A stretch of DNA of 64,000 bases from the NCBI GenBank assembly GCA_002269645.1, contig NIVC01002129.1, forward strand, positions 1 to 64,000, read 5' to 3'. Positions within the stretch are counted from its first letter, which is position 1, and each line of letters opens with the position of its first letter. The translations under genes and the position numbers were made by a program. Positions 22,901 to 37,900 of the stretch are shown piece by piece. Origin of the DNA: Macrostomum lignano (Eukaryota). The notes beneath the pieces were generated by a model. The model had not been told where the DNA came from, ran no database searches, and saw only the letters and a list, made by a program, of their open reading frames with translations.

Positions 22901-25900
22901 CCATCACCTTCCCTATCACCCTTTCCATCACTCTCTCCATCACCCTCTCTCACACCCTCTCCCTTACCCTCTTTATCACCCTCTTCCTTCTCCGTCCCCC
23001 CTTACTCTTCTGTCTGATCTCTCTATTTTCAAGTATTCAAGTGTAGTTTTCATACCTTTTTAAGCATAATAAATTAGCTAAACACCAGATTCTTGCACTT
23101 GATTTTTTGTGTCCTCTCTAACCAGCTATATATTGTTTGAAAACTTTTTTCAGTGCCTTCAGGTAATACTACTATATTTCTTGTACGGTTATGGGCATTT
23201 TATTTGTCTGAAAATGGCACAAACTGTTTTTGCATTGAATGGCTTTTTTGCATGTGCAAGTCGTGGTATACAATTGTTTATTATGGAATACGGTACGCTT
23301 AACTGACTTGACTATTTGCATAAAGATAGTCAGGTAAACATTTCTCCTTTCACTAAAATAAATCAACTATCGGAAATTGGAGCTGACAACCTGTGAGAAA
23401 GAGCTGAGATGCAGGTTTGTTTAAAGAAAAAATTCAAAAGAAGAAAATATATTTTCAATACCTGCCGTTTCATTTGCATCCTTGGTCACCTGTTTTGTAC
23501 CTTGTGTCAGATTTTGTGCCGGAAATTGAATTTTCACAAAAATTTGTCTTGTGTTTTCGTTCGTATTTTGGATTATTCACTTTGTTACTGGTGCTAGGCG
23601 AATTAGGAATACGCATTGTACTTTTTACCTTATTAATGCTTAAGTGACTTGCAGTCCCAGTGTCCGCATTGTCGGAATAATGCCGGAATATTATGCCAGC
23701 ATCATGCCAGACTGAATGTCGCGACGAGATCCAGGCATAATGTTAGCATGAAGTGCCAGTGTAATGCTGCTTTTATGCCAACTTTATGCGACTGATATGC
23801 CTGTTCAATTACGTAGTTAACCAATGTACTTCGTAGCATTGTGGCTGCATTGTTGGAATAATGCTGGCATATCATGCCAGACTGAATGTCGCGACGGGAT
23901 CCAGGCATTATGTTAGCATGAAATGCCAGTGTAATGCTGCTTTTATGCCAACTATATGCGACTGATATGCCTGTTCAATTATATAGTAAACCAATGTACG
24001 TCGTAGCTTTCTGTGGCTCATAAATAATGCAATTGTTGTCCAATTATTACAATGTAGCACTTAACCCTTTTTGAACTCCACAAGGCTTTAATTAGGCTTT
24101 AGGAAATGGTACAAAAGAACTAAATATGAGTGTATTGTAAAAAAGACGGCGCAGAAAAGTATTTTTAACATCGAAAACAATGGTAGGAACATGTTTTTAG
24201 TTCTTTAATTCTTTTATAATTTAACTTAAATAGTAACTTAAATAGCATGGGAAAACAGAAACATAACAACATAAAAATATAAACAGAATATAGCAACAAA
24301 AACAACATACAAAAGTTATAAGCAGATACTTCTTTAAAAGATAGGGTCCCAAATACAGCAAAGAGTCTGAATTCTGTTATTTAAAATGAGAAAGCTTGGT
24401 ATCAAATCGCCTTGGCCGTCACTGAAACTCATTTGGTATAAATTTTGCCAAAGAAATCGACTTTTCAGACAGCTCAGCCAAAGCAGTTGGGTGTAATTTA
24501 CAACAAAGACAAAAACCCTTTACAGTGGAGAAAAAACTTTAACAATTGGCGAACAACTCCCAAACAAACAGAATGTTAGTAATCAACAGGGAAACCAGAC
24601 TGCAAGTTTGCATTGTCAATGAGTGGCGAAATCTGCAGTTGGTTATTCTCAAGACCAGATTTGTAGTCCGCATCTGTTCTTTTAATGCCTACAAAAGTTT
24701 TGTAAACCACCCTATCTTCAGCGAAACTTCTTCAACCTTGACAGTAATTGCATCCCAGCTTCGAAGCATGTGACTTTGAATTTGCATTGTTCAAATTGAA
24801 TGCTCATCTGAAATAAGAAATAATGCATGAATTGGACTTTAGATAACATGTTTTTTTTGGCTTTTAACTCCCACTTACAAACTTTTCTTTTTTCAATTCC
24901 CATAGTCTTCTCCTCTCCTTTCTACCACTTATATAGTTGTCTAATATATATCTATTATTCTTTTCTAATCCCTGTCTTTCCTTCTCTTAGAATCTTAGAT
25001 AAACTGACTATTAAGGAAGAAAATACTTAATACTAATCAATACTTAATATTTAATATTATATACTATAGAATATTTTCCCAATTGGCATAGAATTATGTA
25101 GATAATGCTGCTCCTAGTCCTAGTCTTATCCACATAGTAAACTAATAAAATTGATTGATCTTTGTCAATATATACCATGAAAATAATGTCCCTCTTTAAC
25201 AACATGCTATACTTGCAATATAAAAAAATATTAAACTACACATTAACATAATACACTGCATATTAACTGCTTTTGCTATACTTAATATTGTATCAATATA
25301 TCATATTTAGACATTTAATCATGAAAATATCATGAACATTACAATATAAAAAATAAAAAATAGAATTTAAAAAGCCATAATAAAGTCTTAAACTATGATG
25401 GGAAAAATATATTTATCACATTTTTAATATTGCTAAAAAATTGATATTCAATTTAAATTTTTTGTTTATAGAATTTGCCTTTTTATATTATTATATTATA
25501 TTTATTTTTTGTAGGTAACCAAATAAATCCTATTAAATCAAAATAAATTGGCACTTTATAGTTAAATTAGTAATTAAATAACAAGAATATAAGATATAAT
25601 GCCTAGGTTTATTTTTGGCCATATGGGATTTTTTGGCCCCTTGAAAATCTCATTAGCAATTGGATTTCTGGCATCAGAGGCCAATCTAGCAACTTTATTT
25701 CCCTGTGCCAGTAGCCACTTTCAGAAAATGATTTTACAAGTATAATAAAAATGTTATAGGCCTATTAATCTAAGTTGATGCAAAAACAAAGTTGCAAAAA
25801 TGGACAATTTCAATGTCAATTTAATACCAAGTCCTAAACTGTCTCATTCACATAGTCATATAGTGCATCCATGTTTTAATGAGCCCTAGAAATATCTAGA

Positions 25901-28656
25901 TCCTCAAGAATGTGGGTAGTTGGGTTGCCAGTGGGCAAGCAAAAATAGCCATTGGCAACTGGATTTCTAACCTTAAAAAACCTAGGCTTTATATACATAG
26001 AGTAAATTAAGGGCCTATTCATTAGGCCTAACTTATAAATATAAAAGGTTAAACCTTTTTTTGCCTTATACAATAATATACTATAGGCCTAGCTATGTTT
26101 ATAACCTATAATTAGGCCTACAATGAATTATTATTCTGTCTATAGATATTTAGATAAGTACTTTACTATAAGTAGACCTCTTAAAGGCTTAAGTGTCCCA
26201 GTAAATAAAATAGTTAAGAAACTGGAAAAAGCCTATTGTCTGATTTCAACATTTGTTTCATTGATTTAGATAAAACTTAAAATTAGTTTTATCCTGTTTT
26301 GACAACTGAATATGTAATTGTTTGCTATTTGCAATATAAACTACAAGGAACAGTATTATATCATATCATATTTTAACAGCAATTTATACAACAAAGCAAC
26401 TAAAAACTGGTGTAGGCCCTATATAAAATATGACAAGTACAATATTTCACATAGGCCTATGCCTATAGAGCCTAGGCTAGTACATTAACATATATATAAC
26501 TTCGTAATATCATATACAGCCTTAGAAAATTGTCAGACTGCACCCACTACTATTGCTAGAAACTAATATACAAATGCCTTGTTAGAAAAGGTATTTTTCT
26601 GCGCATACATATAAAAGCCAGTACAATTGATCGAGACAGACTAGGCCTAAGACAAATGAGTGTAAAAAGCATCAATTAAAAATGTGCTATATTTTTGTTC
26701 AATATTGTTCAATATTTAGTATTATAACAAAAAATAAAAACATGTATAACTACTATAGCCAAAAGATAACATAGCTTAAAATAAACCATCTAAATATTAC
26801 TTGTATGACTACTATTTGTAGTCCATTCAGTATATATAAGAAACATGTACAATTCAAATTATATCAAATCGACGAAATGAACAAGCATTTGCATGCTGTA
26901 TATATGCAAAAATTATGAAGACAGTAAAATTTGTCAATGGGTATCTTTGAAGACTATTATAAATTTGGGACTATTCAGGAACCTGCATAAAATCTTTTTC
27001 TTCTAAATTTCTCAAAGTCATATTTTTAGCACTTAATGCCTTAATTGTGCCGTGGCATGCACAGGCCAAATTTATTCCAGTTTGATGCTGCGCCTAAAAA
27101 AGAAAGAATTGCTGGCAAAACTGAAAGCACTTTCAATAAATATCAAACAGATATCAATGCAACACAAATTTGGAATTTTTTTGCTTGTCAAAAATATGCT
27201 GACGCGTCAGCATAATTACGGCATAATGCTGACATCATGGACACTGGGGTTGTAATCAACGCATTGTATTGAATCGCAGAAGTTTCACATTGGATTTGGT
27301 TAATGAAGGGAAGGGTTTTGTCGGGATAGTGAGTGTACATCGGGTCTGGCTGATATGGGGGAGGGTTTTGTGTGGAGAGTGAGTGTACATCGGGTCTGGC
27401 TGATAAGGGGGAGGGTTTTGTGCGGAAACTGAGTGTACATCGGGTCTGGCTGATAAGGGGGAGGGTTTTGTGTGGAGAGTGAGTGTACATCGGGTCTGGC
27501 TGATATGGGGGAGGGTTTTGTGTGGAGAGTGAGTGTACATCGGGTCTGGCTGATAAGGGGGAGGGTTTTGTGTGGAGAGTGAGTGTACATCGGGTCTGGC
27601 TGATATGGGGGAGGGTTTTGTGTGGAGAGTGAGTGTACATCGGGTCTGGCTGATAAGGGGGAGGGTTTTGTGTGGAGAGTGAGTGTACATCGGGTCTGGC
27701 TGATATGGGGGAGGGTTTTGTGTGGAGAGTGAGTGTACATCGGGTCTGGCTGATAAGGGGGAGGGTTTTGTGTGGAGAGTGAGTGTACATCGGGTCTGGC
27801 TGATAAGGGGAGGGTTTTGTGTGGAAACTGAGTGTACATCGGGTATGACTGACAAGTTGGAAGCTTCTGTCGGGAGATTAGGTGTACATTGCCACTCTCG
27901 CCGACTTCCCCTCAGGCTCTAGCTAGCATGAGCATGGCGCAGCCTCAGCCAATCAAGAACCTGGACTCAGTAGTGTCTCAAGACCCAGAATTCTGGATGC
28001 AGCAGCAACAGCAGCAGGCAACTCAATTGCCGCTCGCTTCTCCCGGTAGAGTGGTGTTCGGAAACGACGTTGATTCCGTTGACGTTGCTACCCGAGTTGC
28101 TATGGTCAGATTTTTTAATTCTCCCAACGTGCTCGGCGGTTTCATTGAGCACACTAGAACTCTGAGGCTGCACCCTCGTCCAGTAGTGGCATTTCAATAC
28201 GACGCCTTCGTGCAGTCGCGCGAACGGCTGACGGATTTCACTAAACGCTTGGCCAAAACTCAAGCTGTCGAGTATTTTGCCGAATGGTCGCTGTGCCCGG
28301 ATAACAGCGCGTTTCAGCGGATTCACTCGGGTTTGAGCGACCCGGCGGCCATCGGGGACAAGCCGAAATGGTTCAGCCAGCGGCTGGAGCGGCTGGCCTT
28401 CTCAGTCTGCCGCCCAGATGGCGCTTGCACTTTGCGGTTGAAGCCAACTGGGACTGGCGATGGGCCTGGGGCTGACGCTACCGCCGAGGATGACGCACCC
28501 ACTGGTGAGTGGCCGCGGGTGAGAGGGTACTAGAGTTAGTCAGTTAGTTTATTAGTATTTTGTTTGTTTGTTAGTTAGTTAGTTAGTTAGTTAGTTTGTT
28601 TGTTTGTTTGTTTGTTTGTTAGTCAGTCAGTTAGTTAGTTAGTTAGTTAGTTAGTA

Positions 28657-28721
<65 letters not shown>

Positions 28722-28780
28722 TTAAGTAAGTTAGTCAGTTAGTTAGTTATTAAGTAAGTTAGTCAGTTAGTTAGTAAGTA

Positions 28781-28843
<63 letters not shown>

Positions 28844-28852
28844 CAGTTAGTA

Positions 28853-28891
<39 letters not shown>

Positions 28892-29021
28892 AAGTTAGTT
28901 AGTTAGTTAGTTAGTTAGTAAGTTAGATAGTTAGTTAGTTAGTTAGCTAGTTATTTAGCTAGTTAGTTAGTAGTTAGTTAGTTAGTTAGTAAGTTAGTTA
29001 GTAAGTTAGTTAGTTAGTTAT

Positions 29022-29062
<41 letters not shown>

Positions 29063-29071
29063 CAGTTAGTA

Positions 29072-29110
<39 letters not shown>

Positions 29111-29111
29111 A

Positions 29112-29142
<31 letters not shown>

Positions 29143-29244
29143 AAGTTAGTTAGTTAGTTAGTTAGTTAGCTAGTTATTTAGCTAGTTAGTTAGTAGTTAG
29201 TTAGTTAGTTAGTAAGTTAGTTAGTAAGTTAGTTAGTTAGTTAT

Positions 29245-29289
<45 letters not shown>

Positions 29290-29306
29290 CAGTCAGTCAG
29301 TCAGTC

Positions 29307-29377
<71 letters not shown>

Positions 29378-29394
29378 CAGTCAGTCAGTCAGTC

Positions 29395-29465
<71 letters not shown>

Positions 29466-29466
29466 C

Positions 29467-29521
<55 letters not shown>

Positions 29522-29530
29522 AAGTTAGTA

Positions 29531-29577
<47 letters not shown>

Positions 29578-29578
29578 C

Positions 29579-29645
<67 letters not shown>

Positions 29646-29646
29646 C

Positions 29647-29697
<51 letters not shown>

Positions 29698-32600
29698 AGT
29701 TAGCTGGTTAGTCAGCCAAGCAGTTGGCTGTGATGTCGATAGACCCGGTGACTATCAATCCATGCTAGTGGGAATACACAAAGAGAAATTTAGCTTATAT
29801 ATTCCAATATTTTCTCACTGTTCTCAAACTCAACAATCAAAGGCTTATTAATTGGCAATAATTAGCATTTGGTTTCCGTGGATAAAATTGCATGCCCAAT
29901 TGTATAGGCCTGATGTTAGCCAGCTAAATAATTCTCAATTGCTCATTGAATCCGGCTATTAGAGGCGGTGAGGGGCTGCCACACTGCAGTGTTTGCTTCC
30001 CATTAATTTCTATTGTGTAATTTGTATGACTTTGCATCAATACGGTTTTGCACTTTAAAACATATTTCCGAAGTCACTTTGGCTAAGAATTTTATCGAAT
30101 TGCTATCTAAATTGTGCATCAGCTTCAACAGCAAGCCATGTCAGCAGCAGCAGCTCTGACTCAGATTGCAACAATGGACGAGGTGAGGGCTGTTTTGCTT
30201 AGATAATCAGCTTACAGAATAAGCCCTGAAATTTATTGATTGAAATTTTTGTTATAAACGTTAAAAGTTGTGTTTATATCGACCTGTTGCTACTGTATGC
30301 ATTTTATTGCGCTTAGATATTATTATGACTATTTAAATTATGTTTATTCTTAACTCTTGCTGGGGGTAACCCGGGATACTAAATTTGGATACTCATTTTT
30401 TACACTCGAATAGTTATTTGGGAGACCCTGAAGACCCTGATGATCCTGAAGACCCTGAAGACCCTGATGACCCTGATGACCCTGATGATCCTGAAGACCC
30501 TGATGACCCTGAAGACCCTGATGATCCGGAAGACTCTGATGACCCTGAAAACCCTGAAGACTCTGATGACCCTGAAGACCCTGAAGACCCTGATGATCCT
30601 GAGGACCGTGATGACCCTGAAGACCCTGAAGATCCTAAAGACCCTGAAGACCCTGAAGACCCTGATGATCCTGAAGACCCTGATGACCCTGAAGACCCTG
30701 ATGATCCGGAAGACTCTGATGACCCTGAAAACCCTGAAGACTGTGATGACCCTGAAGACCCTGAAGACCCTGATGATCCTGAGGACCGTGAAGACCCTGA
30801 TGATCCTGAAGACCCTGAAGACCCTGATGACCCTGAAGACCCTGATGATCCTGAAGACCCTGATGACCCTGAAGACCCTGATGATCCGGAAGACTCCGAT
30901 GACCCTGAAAACCCTGAAGACTCTGATGACCCTGAAGACCCTGAAGACCCTGATGATCCTGAGGACCCTGAAGACCCTGATGATCCTGAGGACCCTGAAG
31001 ACCCTGAAGACCTTGATGATCCTGAGGACCCTGAAGACCCTGAAGACCCTGATGATCCTGAGGACCCTGAAGACCCTGATGAATCAGGAGACCCTGAAGA
31101 CCCAGAAAACCTGAAGACCTACAAAAACCTGAAGACCCAGTCGACCTCAGAAGCCTAGAAGACCCCTAAAGAACCTGTTGACCCTGATTTTGCACACCTG
31201 TCTGCCAGATGAGTGTTAACAAGGTAACTCCCCAGATACTATACACTTGTTACAACTGTGTCCGTTAAATATATAAAATTTTCCTTTGCTAAAATTTCTA
31301 CAAACAATCCTAAGTCTATAAATGTACATGCCGTGTCGTTTGTATTCTTCATTGATCTCATATGCATCTTAAATCATGTTGACTTATTTTTGTTAATGAT
31401 ATCTTTTATCTATTTCTCTTGCGTTTGTGTGTCAATTATCGATTTTTATTTGAAAGGATAAACTGACTTTTATCTTCTTTGTAAGAATTTTAATGGCCAC
31501 ACTGCTGGCTCTTTATCTGCTATTGATTAAGCATGCTTTGATGAAGGGCCGATGAGGATGGGATGGGACTGTTTTCCCAGATAAGGACTGTCTGTTCTGG
31601 CACATTATTTAATATTTCTGAAGAGCCGTTTGTCATCTTCAACGTTTTTAGCTCCCATTTTTTGCCATTTCTTTACATCTTTACCACACATTTTAAACCT
31701 TATCCTTCCCGCATCTTTACCATACCCTCAACCCATCCTCTCCACATCTTCACCACACCCTCAACCCATCCTTTCCACATCTTCACCACACCCTCAACCC
31801 ATCGTCTTCAATTCTTTACCACACCCTCAACCCATCCTCTCCAATTCTTTACCACACCCTCAACCCATCCTCTCCAATTCTTTACCACACCCTCAACCCA
31901 TCCTCTCCAATTCTTTACCACACCCTCAACCCATCCTCCAATTCTTTACCACACTCTCAACCCATCCTCTCCGATTCTTTACCACACCCTCAACCCATCC
32001 TCTCCGATTCTTTACCACACCCTCAACCCATCCTCTCCGATTCTTTACCACACCCTCAACCCATCCTCTCCAATTATTTACCACACCCTCAACCCATCCT
32101 CTCCAATTATTTACCACCCCCTCAACCCATCCTCTCCGATTCTTTACCACACCCTCAACCCATCCTCTCCGATTCTTTACCACACCCTCAACCCATCCTC
32201 TTCAATTCTTTACCACACCCTCGACCCATCCTCTCCAATTCTTTACCACACTCTCAACCCATCCTCTCCAATTCTTTACCACAGCCTCAACCCATCCTCT
32301 CCAATTCTTTACCACACCCTCAACCCATCCTCTTCAATTCTTTACCACACCCTCGACCCATCCTCTCCAATTCTTTACCACAGCCTCAACCCATCCTCTC
32401 CAATTCTTTACCACAGCCTCAACCCATCCTCTCCAATTCTTTACCACACCCTCAACCCATCCTCTTCAATTCTTTACCACACCCTCGACCCATCCTCTCC
32501 AATTCTTTACCACACTCTCAACCCATCCTCTCCAATTCTTTACCACACCCTCAACCCATCCTCTTCAATTCTTCACCACACCCTCAACCCATCCTCTTCA

Positions 32601-34864
32601 ATTCTTTACCACAGCCTCGACCCATCCTCTCCAATTCTTTACCACACTCTCAACCCATCCTCTCCAATTCTTTACCACACCCTCAACCCATCCTCTCCAA
32701 TTCTTTACCACAGCCTCAACCCATCCTCTCCGATTCTCTACCACACTCTCAACCCATCCTCTCCAATTCTTTACCACACCCTCAACCCATCCTCTTCAAT
32801 TCTTTACCACAGCCTCAACCCATCCTCTCCGATTCTTTACCACACTCTCAACCCATCCTCTCCAATTCTTTACCACACTCTCAACCCATCCTCTCCAATT
32901 CTTTACCACACCCTCAACCCATCCTTATCAATTCTTTACCACACCCTCGACCCATCCTCTCCAATTCTTTACCACACTCTCAACCCATCCTCTCCAATTA
33001 TTTACCACACTCTCAACCCATCCTCTCCGATTCTTTACCACACCCTCAACCCATCCTCTCCGATTCTTTACCACACCCTTAACCCATCCTCTCCGATTCT
33101 TTACCACACCCTCAACCCATCCTCTCCGATTCTTTACCACACCCTCAACCCATCCTCTCCGATTCTTTACCACACCCTCAACCCATCCTCTCCGATTCTT
33201 TACCACACCCTCAACCCATCCTCTAAACATCTTTACCGCACGAAACCTCCCCAAAAATAGTAGCTCCTAATCTCCCATAATGGTCTAGGTTTAACAAACA
33301 ATTAGTTTTCATCTCATAAATCTGGTCCATTATTCCCATCATCCTCCCCTCCCTCCAAACCACACCAGACGAGAGCGGCCGGTCGGACTACTCAGACAAC
33401 GACGCCGACAATTTAAACGGCGCCAAAGGCAGCGTCGATCGTCTGACTGACAGCTCGTCCTATTCCAGCCTGACAGACTTTGTCTCCGAGATGATCTCGT
33501 CAGAAATCAACAGCGATCACCTGGCAGGTGTGCATGCTGTACCAGCTTCCGGCGCTGCTGTCTTGTCGACAAACGGTGTAGCGATAGCGGCTCCATCGGC
33601 GCCTTCTGCTGCCGCTGGCGCCATCTGCCGGCTCACTGTGGAATTGACGCCGGATATTTTCAACCCGCCCAACTGCCTGCAACTGACTGGCAGCCAGCCT
33701 CCTTTAGCCTCATCAGTGGCTGATCAGGCGGCTAGCTCAGATGAAGACGAATCTGCTGATGCTTCTGTGAGCATCGCTTTTCAGGAGTCATTTTTCATGG
33801 TCTCTCTTATCTGTCTTACCTGATTTCTTATCTGTGTCTTACCTGACTCTCTTATCTGTGTCTTACCTGACTCTCTTATCTGTGCCTTACCTGACTGTCT
33901 TATCTGTGCCTTACCTGACTCTCTTATCTGTGCCTTACCTGACTGTCTTATCTGTGCCTTACCTGACTCTCTTATCTGTGCCTTACCTGACTCTCTTATC
34001 TGTGCCTTACCTGACTCTCTTATCTGTGCCTTACCTGACTCTCTTATCTGTGTCTTACCTGACTCTCTTATCTGTGTCTTACCTGACTCTCTTATCTGTG
34101 TCTTACCTGACTCTCTTATCTGTGTCTTACCTGACTCTCTTATCTGTGTCTTACCTGACTCTCTTATCTGTGTCTTACCTGACTCTCTTATCTGTGTCTT
34201 ACCTGACTCTCTTATCTGTGTCTTACCTGACTCTCTTATCTGTGTCTTACCTGACTCTCTTATCTAACTAAAGTAAGCTACATACAGTATATATCATACA
34301 CGCATGTATACATATGTAATATTTTTCACAAACCCTCATCATTTCAGAAGTCACAAAACGCACATTGCACTGCAGCATCCAGGTTGGGATAAAATTTTTC
34401 TGCTTGCAATATGAAATACGCAATTTGCACGTATTTATAAACCGATTGCACAGTCTAACACCCACCCCCTGCCCATTGAACAGAACCCGGAGCCTCACTG
34501 GTCAGCACCGCCAGCACCCTGTTGGCCTGCCGCCTCGACCGCCACCTCCCAAGCGGATTGGCAGCGTGGGCTCGCATCCCGGGACGCCGGAGGGCGCGCC
34601 GCGGGTTAGCGGCGGCGCCGGCGCCGGCAATTCTGGCGCTGACGAAGAGCAGCGGCATCGTTTGGAACGGCAGGACTCCGCGGCTTCCAATGCTAGCGGC
34701 AACAGCTCTGCCGCGGTGCACCTGTTCGACTCGTTTGCTCTGAGCTCCGCTGAGCAGCAGCAGCAGCAGCACTCTTTGCTGTCCACCACCCAGCAGGCCG
34801 GCTCTGCAATTGGGGAGTTCCTGGGTGAGTTGCCTGTCTGATTCTGTCTGTCTGCCTGTCTCTT

Positions 34865-34895
<31 letters not shown>

Positions 34896-34898
34896 TAG

Positions 34899-34929
<31 letters not shown>

Positions 34930-37900
34930 TTTTGTCTATTGAATGAGCAAGTCGAGATGAAAAGGAACTGAATTGAATATCATTGACTATTTCTAGAATG
35001 CATATTATTTCTGGCTTCCCATGAATAGGGCTTCCATCTAAATATAGATCGAGCCCACCAGTCAGTCAGGAATACTGATGGTTGGTTTCCTTTCGGTAGA
35101 GTTAGAGTTAGTAACATTCTGTTCTTTGGTAACTTTCTTATTGATGAAGGCATGCAACATCGGAATGCCAAGTACTAAATTTAAAAAAAGGCTGACTGAT
35201 ATCTGCCGTGACCGTCTTGATACGCGCATTGATGTTATCTTCACTACTCAAAAGGTGGCCAATTTTGTGACTAGCCTAAAAAGCAAAATCTGTTTGTTTG
35301 CCCTGCTGAGCTGAGGCAGTCGTACATCGATAAGACTGATCGACACCTGTACACTAGGATCGAGGAACACCGCAAGAAGGCTAGCGCGATTCATGACATC
35401 AAACATGATCAAAAGTTTAAAAAAATATCGATCGGATTCAACACCACTACAAACTAAATGTGTTGGAAGCCCTGTGCATTAAACAGTTAAAGCCTACCCT
35501 GAATGTACAACTGACAGGAAGGGGGGCTAGTGCTATTCTTAGAATTTCTTGACTATTCTACGGCTACTTAAAGAATCAAAAAGGTCGCAGTTGGATGGAG
35601 CAAGTTTTAACCTCAATGAAACTTTCTTGTGCAATTGTTTTCATAAGATCGCGAAATAAGAATGAAATTAGATTGGAGGATAAGATTGAGAGGTATATGA
35701 GATGAGATTGATGGATTTGAGAGATAAGATTGAAAGGTGAGAGATGATATTGAGAGATGAGATTGAAAGGTGAGAGATGAGATTGAAAGGTGAGAGATGA
35801 TATTGAGAGATGAGATTGAAAGGTGAGAGATGAGATTGAAAGGTGAGAGATGATATTGAGAGATGAGATTAAAAGGTGAGAGATGAGATTGAAAGGTGAG
35901 AGATGATATTGAGAGATGAGATTGAAAGGTGAGAGATGAGATTGAAAGGTGAGAGATGATATTGAGAGATGAGATTGAAAGGTGAGAGATGATATTGAGA
36001 GATGAGATTGAAAGGTGAGAGATGATATTGAGAGATGAGATTGAAAGGTGAGAGATGAGATTGAAAGGTGAGAGATGATATTGAGAGATGAGATTGAAAG
36101 GTGAGAGATGAGATTGAAAGGTGAGAGATGATATTGAGAGATGAGATTGAAAGGTGAGAGATGAGATTGAAAGGTGAGAGACGATATTGAGAGATGAGAT
36201 TGAAAGGTGAGAGATGAGATTGAAACGTGACAGATTAGATTGAAACGTGAGAGATGAGATTGAGAGGTAAGAGTCGAGATTGAGAAGTGAGACATGAGAA
36301 TATGCGAAGAGATTGTAGATACGAAATTGGAAGATGAGATCTTGAGATGCGATTTTGATAGTTGCGAATGAGAAATAGGATTGGGGATGAAAGCTAGAAA
36401 CGGGAGAGATAAGAATGAGACAAGATCTCTCCCCAACCTCTCTCCAAAACTAAAAAAACCTCAGGCCAGAAGACTTCAGCAGCGCTCAACCGCAGTGGCC
36501 TCCAGTTTGCACCGCTCGGCTCCAAGCGGTCTGTGGTGGAAAACTCGGCACTGATGCGTCAGGCCCAGGGTCTGGTGCAGCAGCAGCAACAGCAGCAGCA
36601 GTTCTCTTCTAACAGAAAATCTTCATCGGCATCCGAAGTGTCGACAACAGCGCCGGCAGATCAGATCTTCCTGAAGGACATCGCCTCCGCGGTTCTCGAT
36701 GGTCAAGGAGTTGGATTTTTGAAAGGCGGTCAATTAAAATCCCTGATGGAGATTGAGTCGCACAGGTGCATGCTGCTGTCTAGGCTGAACCATAATCTGC
36801 TCGGAGACAAGCTCACTGACACCAGCCAGGAGCAGCAGTTGTGCGATCAGCCAGTTAGGAGAGCCGTGTTCAAAGGCCTGCTCACTGTGCTCAAAGCTGT
36901 TGTCACCGGTCTGGAGCGGAGCTACAAAGCCAGAGGCAGGGGCGGGCTGGCCTCGGCCCTGCTGCTGCTTGAGGTGGCGCACACGCACTACTGGCTGCGG
37001 GATGCCAGCGTGGCCAGCAGGAACTCTGCTGATCCCCTGCAGGTGAGGGCTGCGGCTCCCACTGCTTTTGGAGATTGGCATTTGGGGTCTACTCTCTGCC
37101 GAGAGTGGGGATTTTAGTGGGGATTTGAGGGATCTGGAAGGTAATATTGGGGATTTTAGGGATCTGGGATGTGATAGTGGGGATTTGAGGATCTGGGAGG
37201 TGATAGTGGGGATTTAAGGGATCTAGAAGGCAACAGAAGGGATTTAAGGAAACTGGGACCGTGCAGCAGGGATCTAAGGATCTGAGAGCTGATGATGTGG
37301 TATTCGGGAGCTTGAAGTGGAGATTTAGGGATCTGGAATGTGGTAGTTGGGATTTGGGTAATCTGTGAGGATGGAACAGTCAACCTGAGTAGGGTTGAGC
37401 CATTCAGTCTGGTCCTCGCACGCAGAAGCTGTCCCCATTCGGCAGTCAGGACAGCCTGTCAACCACGCCGGGCGCGCCCTCGTCCGTATCGAACTCGGGC
37501 GAGCCGGAGTCCTCCAACTTTGTGGCAACAGTTGGTAAGCAAACTTTATCGATTCGCTCTGCTTTCCAACTTCCTATATTTTAATCCATTTTTTTGTTAT
37601 TTATCCTTTAAAAAATCTGTACATTTCTTCTTGCACTACTTGCTCACTGAATCTTAATAGTAGTATAATAGATTTTTATTCTGAAATGATTCTACGACAA
37701 TATTTTAATGCAATAGCGGCGGATTCAGCCGGGACCGCGGCGGCCACCTCTTGGCTGGGGCTGAAGTTTCTCAGCCTGCTGGGTGGTCCGGAAACTTCCG
37801 GCCGTTACGCCGCTTCCGGCGGTAGTTTCCGGGCGCCTAAACGGCCCGATCGCTGGCGCTGGGAGCCAGTTTTGCCGACTCGGATTTTGCCAGCCGGGGC

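Noticed and set aside
19287-23046. Ser/Leu-rich and repeat ORFs (287, 414, 316, 302 aa and others)
   Set aside because: Translations of (CT)n, 24-bp and 27-bp arrays; only 21926-22006 is a real exon.
27188-27855. ~200-aa ORFs in three frames
   Set aside because: 50-bp minisatellite read-through.
28530-29705. (TTAG)n as an interstitial telomere
   Set aside because: The unit is TTAG, not TTAGGG or TTAGG, and it lies inside an intron of an intact gene.
31535-31625. Possible C/D box snoRNA (TGATGA...CTGA)
   Set aside because: The terminal stem is weak, there are no convincing D'/C' boxes, and I recognised no rRNA-complementary guide.
31563-33270. 565-aa and 546-aa ORFs
   Set aside because: Read-through of the 33-bp intronic minisatellite; open in several frames and lying between MADD exons 7 and 8.
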